A stretch of DNA of 64,000 bases from Bdellovibrionia bacterium. Its GTDB lineage: Bacteria; Bdellovibrionota; Bdellovibrionia; Bdellovibrionales; JAGQZY01. The stretch is from NCBI GenBank assembly GCA_030424715.1, contig JAUHWH010000003.1, positions 260,148 to 324,147 of the forward strand, given 5' to 3'. The position numbers were made by a program, and so were the translations under genes. The notes under the pieces were generated by a model, which made no database searches, was not told where the DNA came from, and worked only from the letters and a program-made list of their open reading frames with translations. Positions 57,638 to 64,000 of the stretch are shown here, one piece after another. The first letter of the stretch is position 1. Every line of letters starts with the position of its first letter.

Positions 57638-59596
57638 TTGAAGAAGAACCATCGTTTAGAAAAATCAGATAAACTCATTGTCGTCGCCTCGACGCTTTGC
57701 GCCCTCTTGCTATTCTCTTGGCTGGTTTACGACATTGCATTCCTCAACCCCAATCTTGAGGGACAAGTGGAGATTGGTAAAATCTACGAGGCACAGAATA
57801 AGGTTAAACGAAAATTCAATCGCAGTCTTATATGGTATGCCGCCGGCAAAAATGAAGCCGTCTATGAAAACGATTGGATCTTCACCGGTTCGCAGTCGAT
57901 CGCTAAAATTCGCCTCGATTCGGGCGGAGAACTGATCATTGAGCCCGACTCTCTTATTATTCTGTCTCGTAAGAACGGAATTCTACAACTTGACCTGCAA
58001 CATGGTCAGTTGATGGCTGATATCAAAAGCAAAAATGTTGAAATCAATATTGTGAAAAAGAGTGGCGCCCGGCAGAAAATTGATACATCCTCCGGAGCCG
58101 TTGCCATCAAACGAGCTACCAATCCTATCAACGGCGAAAAAGGAGACTTTGTTGTTGAAGCTCTCGATCTTGGTAACACGCAGGGGTTGGGCGAAAAAGA
58201 AGCGACAGACCTCAATGGTCTCGCTGGATCCTCGTCTTCTTTAGCAGATCCACTTTCTCAAAAACCGGCCTCTCTTGGTGATCTTGCGGATCAGAAGTAC
58301 TTTAAAGCGGAGCCCGGCTTTACTCCTTTGACTTCAGAAGGCTTCTCGTTTCGTGAGCAATACAACTATGACTTTAAGCTTTTCCCAGGGCAATCCACCA
58401 AGGTGGCCCTCGACTGGATCGACCCCTACAATAAATGGCAAGGTTATGACACTGAGGTGGCATTGGACAGCGACTTTCAAAAAGTCATTGCCAAAGGGCG
58501 CACCTCTAGCCCTGTGTTTCCGGTAACTGTCAAAGAGACGGCCGCCTACCATTGGCGTGTGCGTGGAGTTGATGAAAAAAGTGAAACGGGTCAGTGGTCA
58601 GCCATTCAGCTCGCCAATGTCAATATCGAAACACGACTCAAAGAAAAACCCCTACAGCTCTCAAAGCGAAACTTGCGCTACCGAATGGATCACTCGGAAC
58701 TCAAGAGCGTGCTCCCCGATGAGTCCTTCAACGTGTCAAAAGAAAAGCCGGTGACAATTTCTTGGGAGGAAGACCCACGAGCGGCCCTGTATAAAGTGCA
58801 AGTTTCTGAGCAAGCTGACTTTTCAAGTATTAGAGAAGAAAAACTGGTGAAAGAAACTTCGACGGACCTCAACAACATCAAACTAGGCAAAACGTTTTTT
58901 CGAGTCATTCCCGAAACCAAAGAGGGCTACGAACTCGCCGAAGAAGCCACCGGGAACATCACCACACTCTTTCCTTCGCCGATCGATAAATCTCTGAAGA
59001 CCATCGACAAAGAAGATTATCAGTCCTTGCAGTGGGAGAGTGTTCCCTATGCGAAGGGCTACAAAGTCACCTATAAAACTGACAAAAATAGCCAAAAAGA
59101 ACAGGTCAAATATGTGACTGGTAATAATATGAAGGTCAAAAGTGACTCTGGATTTTTGCAGTGGAAAGTGCAAGTCGCCGACCCAAAAACCAAGACCTCT
59201 TTGAGTGCCAACTCGGCCACGGTTGATTGGTACGAAGCCGCCAAAAAGCTAGCCAGTGTTAATGGCGACGGGGTATCGAGTGGCCCCGAGTTACCCAAAA
59301 TACTGAAACCAGAGCCTCGCAAAACTTTTATTTCAATGAACAACAGCCCTTTGTTTATCGTTATGAACTGGCAGTACAGTCTGCCGGCCACGGCCTATCA
59401 CGTGGAAATTTCAAAACGACCGGATATGAAGGGCCTGGTTTTTAAGAAAACGGTCAAACAACAGAGACTAGTCATCAGACAGGTGTTTCAACCGGGCGTC
59501 TACTATATGCGGGTCCGCGCCGCAGCCGAAAACGTGATCGACGAAGCTTGGTCTGAGGTTGAAGCCTTTCGTGTTCTGAACCAAGGCAGCAATTAA
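57638..59596 (+). CDS. membrane-anchored protein with a FecR-like domain and repeated Ig/FN3-like modules
   Basis: TTG start with GAGGAG upstream and one TM segment. FecR-like IAKIRLDSGGELIIEPDSLIIL. Repeated Y.W[RK]V ... W[ST] modules (AAYHWRVRGVDEKSETGQWS, FLQWKVQVADPKT, GVYYMRVRAAAENVIDEAWS). Confidence 0.7.
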   Translation: MKKNHRLEKSDKLIVVASTLCALLLFSWLVYDIAFLNPNLEGQVEIGKIYEAQNKVKRKFNRSLIWYAAGKNEAVYENDWIFTGSQSIAKIRLDSGGELIIEPDSLIILSRKNGILQLDLQHGQLMADIKSKNVEINIVKKSGARQKIDTSSGAVAIKRATNPINGEKGDFVVEALDLGNTQGLGEKEATDLNGLAGSSSSLADPLSQKPASLGDLADQKYFKAEPGFTPLTSEGFSFREQYNYDFKLFPGQSTKVALDWIDPYNKWQGYDTEVALDSDFQKVIAKGRTSSPVFPVTVKETAAYHWRVRGVDEKSETGQWSAIQLANVNIETRLKEKPLQLSKRNLRYRMDHSELKSVLPDESFNVSKEKPVTISWEEDPRAALYKVQVSEQADFSSIREEKLVKETSTDLNNIKLGKTFFRVIPETKEGYELAEEATGNITTLFPSPIDKSLKTIDKEDYQSLQWESVPYAKGYKVTYKTDKNSQKEQVKYVTGNNMKVKSDSGFLQWKVQVADPKTKTSLSANSATVDWYEAAKKLASVNGDGVSSGPELPKILKPEPRKTFISMNNSPLFIVMNWQYSLPATAYHVEISKRPDMKGLVFKKTVKQQRLVIRQVFQPGVYYMRVRAAAENVIDEAWSEVEAFRVLNQGSN

Positions 59597-59731
59597 GCCT
59601 AACGATTAGGCAAATAAACCCGAAAATTCATATTATCCCACGTGACGCAGCACAAGTGCTCATCCCCTGAGTTGTTGCAAAATTCTCCTTCTGGTAAGAA
59701 TCGACTCTTCGAAATTAAGGGGGTCGGGCTA

Positions 59732-60052
59732 ATGGATCAAAAAATTTCTCAAATGAAGTGGTGGGCTGCAGTGCCATTAGTGGTCGCCTTTGCCTTCTTT
59801 TTCCCTCGCCTGCTCATCAACACCTTGGGAGCCGACAACCCTTGGACAAGCTATCTCTATCTTTACGGGTTTGGAACCATATACACTGGCTCTGGCCTAC
59901 TCCTGGCTTTGAAGTCTGGGGCTTGTAAGCTTGCAAGACCCAAAGATCGTTTTTGGTTTACGATGGTGATCGCTGGTTTCTGTTACTTTGCAGCCCTACA
60001 CGGGGTGTGGATTTATCTAGCGCTGTCGATCCCCTATTTAGGAGGTCAATAA
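59732..60052 (+). CDS. small integral membrane protein coupled to the SSS transporter
   Basis: ATG at 59732 (MDQKISQMKWWAAVPLVVAF...) and three hydrophobic segments. The TAA overlaps the next ATG (TAATG). Confidence 0.6.
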   Translation: MDQKISQMKWWAAVPLVVAFAFFFPRLLINTLGADNPWTSYLYLYGFGTIYTGSGLLLALKSGACKLARPKDRFWFTMVIAGFCYFAALHGVWIYLALSIPYLGGQ

Positions 60053-61956
60053 TGGAGTCGATGGGATTAGAGCTAGAAAGCGGCTCGGTTATGGCGATCG
60101 CCATTGTGGCGATTCTTTATGTGGCTGTGATCACCGCTTTCGGTGGATACTTCGCGCGGTTTAATAGCAACATCAATGACTTCTTCTATTCGGGAAATCG
60201 TTTTTCTTGGTGGTTACCGGCTGCCAGTATGGTTGCTACCGGAATCGGCTCTTATAGTTACTTGAAGTATTCTGAGCAGGGCTACAACACCGGTATGAGC
60301 TCGACCATGACCTACCTCAACGATTGGTTCTTGGCGCCGTTTTTCTTTTTTGGTTGGCTCCCCATCATCTACTTTGCGCGCATTAAGTCGGTCCCCGAAT
60401 ATTTCGAGCGGCGCTTTAACTCAGCGGCCCGTTACATCTCTCTTACAATTATTCTTGCCTATATGTTCTTTTATATTGGCTACAACCTCTACACCATCGG
60501 CATTGCGATGGAGGGCATGTTTAAAGTTCCGCAATTGTACTCGGTGCCCATTCTCGCGGCCTTCTTAGGAGCCTACGTTACTTTCGGTGGGCAAACCGCC
60601 GTTATCTTCACTGATCTTTTTCAGGGTATTATGCTCTATATCGCGGGCGGAATTGCTATTTTCGCGGGGATTTATGCCCTTGGTGGATTCGATGAATGGT
60701 GGTCCTTTTTGCCTGTGTCCCATCGTCTGCCCTTTGTGCATCTGAACGCCGATCCGAAGTTTAGTTCGGCCGGATTGTTTTGGGGCGAAGCCCTTGCCGG
60801 CAGTATTGCTTTTACCTTTATGAATCAGGGCTTCTTAATGAGATACCTGACCATCAAAAGTGTGAACGAGGGACGAAAAGCAGCCTTCTTTAACGTTATG
60901 GTAACCCTCCCCGTTTCAGCCATCATTGTTGGTGCCATTGGTTGGATTGGTAAGTCCCTTGTGATGAAACAAGCGGTGGTCGGAGGAGCTCTCGCTGGTT
61001 ATGATTTTGTACAAATCGAAAACACTTTTCACACCTTTATCATTGTCTGTTGGGCCACCGTAAAACAAAATCCTTGGATTTTTGGTTTTGTGGTGGCGGC
61101 ATTAATGGCAGCCTTGATGTCGACCATCGACACCTTGATCAATGCCTGTGCCGCGATTGGTATTTACGACCTTTACAAACCTTTGGTGAAACCCGAAGCC
61201 ACCGACGAGCATTATCTTAAAGCCGCGCGCTGGGCATCGATCATCACCACAGTCATCGGGACTCTTTTGGTGATCTGGTTTAACACCCAAAAAGACAGTC
61301 TGATGAATATCCACTACAAAGGTATTATGACAATCATTCCGGCAATTGTGACCACCATCTTTATGGGGGCCTTTTGGAAGCGGTTTAACTCTTACGCGGC
61401 CTGCACTTCGATGGTTGTTGGAAGCTTGGTGACCATCTCCACCGTCTGGTACCCTTATGTGATCGCGCCGGTTTCGTGGTTCTTCTCTGGCCCCGAAGTT
61501 GGAGAGTTTATTTATTTTCGCGCCCTCTTTGGAATGCTTGTTACTGCCGTGATTGGCTTTTTTGTGACCATGGTCACCAGCGGCGAAAACGACAAAGATG
61601 TGACGGGACTCACCATCGGAACCCTTGATGAAGCCATGATCTCGTACAAAGATGGCGGTGTGCCCAATCATGCCCTTGGCCAAAAAGCCAAAAACCTGGT
61701 CGCCACCATTGATGAAAACATCCCAACCCATTGGATTCAGCTTTCACCCCAAGCCATGGAGACCCTGGCTGCTAATGATGGCGATGTGATTTATATCAGT
61801 GACTCACGTTGGTGGCTCGGTGGCCTGCGTTCTCACCACGTCAAAGCCACAAGCAACAGTAAACTCGCTAACTCAGAAGTAGCCATGTCTACTAAGACTT
61901 TTGAAGAGGCGTACATGCTCTCCGGTTACAGCCTGATCGCAGAAAAGATCATCTGA
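60052..61956 (+). CDS. sodium:solute symporter (SSS) family transporter with an extra C-terminal soluble domain
   Basis: ATG at 60052 with GGAGG upstream. Polytopic with typical SSS segments (GGYFARFNSNINDFFYSGNRFSWW...). The last ~110 aa are hydrophilic. Confidence 0.85.
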   Translation: MESMGLELESGSVMAIAIVAILYVAVITAFGGYFARFNSNINDFFYSGNRFSWWLPAASMVATGIGSYSYLKYSEQGYNTGMSSTMTYLNDWFLAPFFFFGWLPIIYFARIKSVPEYFERRFNSAARYISLTIILAYMFFYIGYNLYTIGIAMEGMFKVPQLYSVPILAAFLGAYVTFGGQTAVIFTDLFQGIMLYIAGGIAIFAGIYALGGFDEWWSFLPVSHRLPFVHLNADPKFSSAGLFWGEALAGSIAFTFMNQGFLMRYLTIKSVNEGRKAAFFNVMVTLPVSAIIVGAIGWIGKSLVMKQAVVGGALAGYDFVQIENTFHTFIIVCWATVKQNPWIFGFVVAALMAALMSTIDTLINACAAIGIYDLYKPLVKPEATDEHYLKAARWASIITTVIGTLLVIWFNTQKDSLMNIHYKGIMTIIPAIVTTIFMGAFWKRFNSYAACTSMVVGSLVTISTVWYPYVIAPVSWFFSGPEVGEFIYFRALFGMLVTAVIGFFVTMVTSGENDKDVTGLTIGTLDEAMISYKDGGVPNHALGQKAKNLVATIDENIPTHWIQLSPQAMETLAANDGDVIYISDSRWWLGGLRSHHVKATSNSKLANSEVAMSTKTFEEAYMLSGYSLIAEKII

Positions 61957-62265
61957 TATTTCTGTGCCTTAATAGACATGGGGAAGAAGCTGGACTCCCC
62001 GGCGCTCCCCCCTGGGCTAGCCGGTGAAGACCCTTCATGAACATATCTGAAATCTGTCAGCGATGTCCCTAAGTTTTCTATCCTGTGAAGCTCCTGGCGT
62101 GCCACTAACTTTTAGACAGTGGCGTGCCCTTTTTGGGCGCCACCCGAGAAGCAAAAGCTTTCTTTTAGCTTACAACCGTAAATCACTGAAAATAATGGAG
62201 TTTCTAGCCTGACTTTCGAGCTACGAGGCTTATACTTGGCACGTTTTATGTAGTTATAAGGAGGG

Positions 62266-63237
62266 ATGGAACAAAAAGCCAAACACCTTTTTCAACTGAC
62301 TTTACTGATTGCAGCCCTTGTCGGCAGCAGTCTGCTTGTCGCCTGTGGTGGCAAAGACACTGCCCCAGTAGCAGCCGTGATCGAGGAGACCCCGGGAGGG
62401 CTCGAGTTGCTGGAGCGAGAATTTGGTGAGTGCAACGAAGACGAAGAGGCGGATTTCAATACCCCCCAATATGTGCGCCCACGGTCTTCTATCGTCAATG
62501 ACTACCCCCACCAGTTTTCAAGCCTGAGCGAGCTTTATCCAATGCGCGGCACTTGGCGGCAAAGCAAAACAGAAATCATGGACATTGTCGATCGCTATCT
62601 GTGGTCCCCCGAACTCCACAGAGGCGTCCGTCTTTTGCACTACTTTGAGATGGCACTACTCATCAACGTGGCGCCGCGCGATGACTCCTACCCTCAGAAC
62701 AGTTCCGCACAGCGCATGCAAGTTCTGGTGCGAGACGATGGTCCCGATGATCTTAACCAGTGGAAGCGCATTCACAGTTGGCCCATTTCATCAGGCACAC
62801 CTTGCGGAAAGAAAATAGCAACTTTCACTGGCGTCTACAAATTCAACCCCAGCCGAATTTATCAAGAATACTTTTCAGAGCTCTTTGAAGGCGCCGACAT
62901 GTACGAAACCATGTTTTTATACAGTCAATACCTCAACGGTCGCAGCACTGGCGTTGCAATTCATGGCACCTACAAAACAACACACCTCGGACGCCAAGAC
63001 TCGGGCGGCTGCATTCGCGTCCACCGAGACAATTCCCAATGCCTTTACGAAACCATTGAAGGCCGTAGGAGTGAGCGCTGCCTGGATGGTGGCCTGCTTA
63101 ACTACCGAGGTCGTGTGCCCAGCTTTTTGCCCCGCTACGGCGAAGCCGACCCCGAGTATCTCAGAAATGGGAAGCTCGAAGTGGATGGTATCAAGGTCTT
63201 GGTGGTGATTTTTAACGATTCAGAAGATTTACTTTAA
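62266..63237 (+). CDS. L,D-transpeptidase (YkuD-domain) lipoprotein
   Basis: Lipobox LLVAC and the active-site motif GVAIHGTYKTTHLGRQDSGGCIRV (H...S.GC.R). AAGGAGGG RBS. Confidence 0.85.
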   Translation: MEQKAKHLFQLTLLIAALVGSSLLVACGGKDTAPVAAVIEETPGGLELLEREFGECNEDEEADFNTPQYVRPRSSIVNDYPHQFSSLSELYPMRGTWRQSKTEIMDIVDRYLWSPELHRGVRLLHYFEMALLINVAPRDDSYPQNSSAQRMQVLVRDDGPDDLNQWKRIHSWPISSGTPCGKKIATFTGVYKFNPSRIYQEYFSELFEGADMYETMFLYSQYLNGRSTGVAIHGTYKTTHLGRQDSGGCIRVHRDNSQCLYETIEGRRSERCLDGGLLNYRGRVPSFLPRYGEADPEYLRNGKLEVDGIKVLVVIFNDSEDLL

Positions 63238-63258
63238 TTATCCTTAAGGAGGAATAGA

Positions 63259-63810
63259 ATGAAACAATTACTAACAGTACTCTGCACGGGACTTCTTATT
63301 TTTGGTCTCGCCAACTGCGGCAGCAAAGGTGGCGGAGGCGGCGGAGCACCAGCGCCCGGACCTGTCGTAACCAATGGTCTTGAAGGCAATGCCACCGAAA
63401 TCACGTATAGTGCTTTCGGCCCTGGAAATAATACAGTGATGTGGTCTAGCCTTTACGGTAATCTTTACTTTCCAACCAACAACAGTCGTTGCGTTATTGG
63501 CCTCGTTCAGGATGCCGACAACAATGCTTCGGTGAGAACCCAAGAACTCTTGGCACTGCTCAATGCGGCACAGGTTGTGCCAGGAACGGCTGATCAAACG
63601 ATTGAAGATCTACCCGTCTTATCAATCACCTTTGATGATGGCTCTTCAAAAACCTACACTCTGGCGAACCCCAGTGAGGTCAGCAAAACGTCTGAGGCCC
63701 TCTCAAACGGTGCGGAGATCGCTAATTTCTTGGATACGGTTAACAACGAGATCTCAAGTGTTGGGACTTCTTACTGCCCCGGAAAAGGCGACAGCATCCC
63801 CACAAAATAA
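63259..63810 (+). CDS. lipoprotein with a Gly-rich linker, unknown function
   Basis: Lipobox GLANC followed by GSKGGGGGGAPAPGP. AAGGAGG RBS. Located 21 nt after the L,D-transpeptidase gene. Confidence 0.75.
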   Translation: MKQLLTVLCTGLLIFGLANCGSKGGGGGGAPAPGPVVTNGLEGNATEITYSAFGPGNNTVMWSSLYGNLYFPTNNSRCVIGLVQDADNNASVRTQELLALLNAAQVVPGTADQTIEDLPVLSITFDDGSSKTYTLANPSEVSKTSEALSNGAEIANFLDTVNNEISSVGTSYCPGKGDSIPTK

Positions 63811-63837
63811 ACCGCTTCGCCATACAACATTCTAAGA

Positions 63838-63869
63838 AGAGAATCCCTTTAAGGGATTCTCTTTTTTTA
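63838..63869 (+). terminator. rho-independent terminator
   Basis: AGAGAATCCC (63838-63847) pairs with GGGATTCTCT (63853-63862), followed by TTTTTTT. Confidence 0.85.
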
Positions 63870-64000
63870 TTTTTTTACAAAAAACGAAACACTAAACGAA
63901 CTCTATAAGAATCTCTTATCTTTAGGATCGATTTAATTAGGGTTGTCTCCCCGCGCGCCTGACACTACATCTGCTCCTGTACCCGGGGGGAGAAAACATG

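Noticed and set aside
61102-61731. 209-aa minus-strand ORF
   Set aside because: It is antisense within the SSS transporter and gives a Gly/His/Arg-rich shadow translation.
62237-62252. Sigma-54-like TGGCAC-N5-ATGT upstream of the L,D-transpeptidase gene
   Set aside because: The -12 element is poor (TGT rather than TGC). The implied start site would fall on or after the AGGAGG RBS, only about 4 nt from the ATG.
1-64000. Scan for tRNA/rRNA genes, CRISPR arrays, transposases, integrases, and defence-system hallmarks (large ATPases, helicases, restriction/modification enzymes, reverse transcriptases)
   Set aside because: None was recognisable by eye in any frame or intergenic gap. Absence is only as reliable as a manual read, and small ncRNAs cannot be excluded.

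Overview
This is a gene-dense bacterial chromosomal window with about 55 protein genes. I found no rRNA, tRNA, CRISPR array, transposase or integrase by eye. Gene content suggests a Bdellovibrio-like predatory bacterium (lineage is inference): many signal-peptide and lipoprotein genes, secreted hydrolases, outer-membrane beta-barrels ending in F, tandem POT peptide transporters, delta-60 repeats and a Bd0055-like histone. Confidently recognisable housekeeping genes are: sucA-sucB-lpdA, lgt, an NFU-type Fe-S scaffold, two POT transporters, an EamA transporter, arginase, an RND pump with a TolC-like gene, ppx and ppk1, two small ferredoxins, a GT4 glycosyltransferase, fadD, an SSS symporter and a YkuD L,D-transpeptidase. 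The rest are unrecognised secreted or membrane proteins. Genes are tightly packed, with many ATGA/TGATG start-stop overlaps and three convergent 3'-end overlaps. The candidates I rank highest for follow-up are: (1) a small histone-fold gene (8007-8246) with a 20-residue lysine-rich N-terminal tail; (2) three secreted helical proteins sharing a Cys motif just after the signal peptide, two of them with small toxin-like C-terminal modules; (3) an orphan RsbU/RsbW/RsbV-type partner-switching operon whose STAS protein carries a Cys-rich extension; (4) a three-gene operon encoding a lipoprotein, an EEP nuclease and an OM barrel; (5) an AT-rich islet followed by a secreted protein with a near-perfect 15-bp in-frame tandem repeat. 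All family assignments come from motif recognition by eye, without searches. Start codons of hypothetical genes and all functional inferences for unrecognised proteins are tentative.
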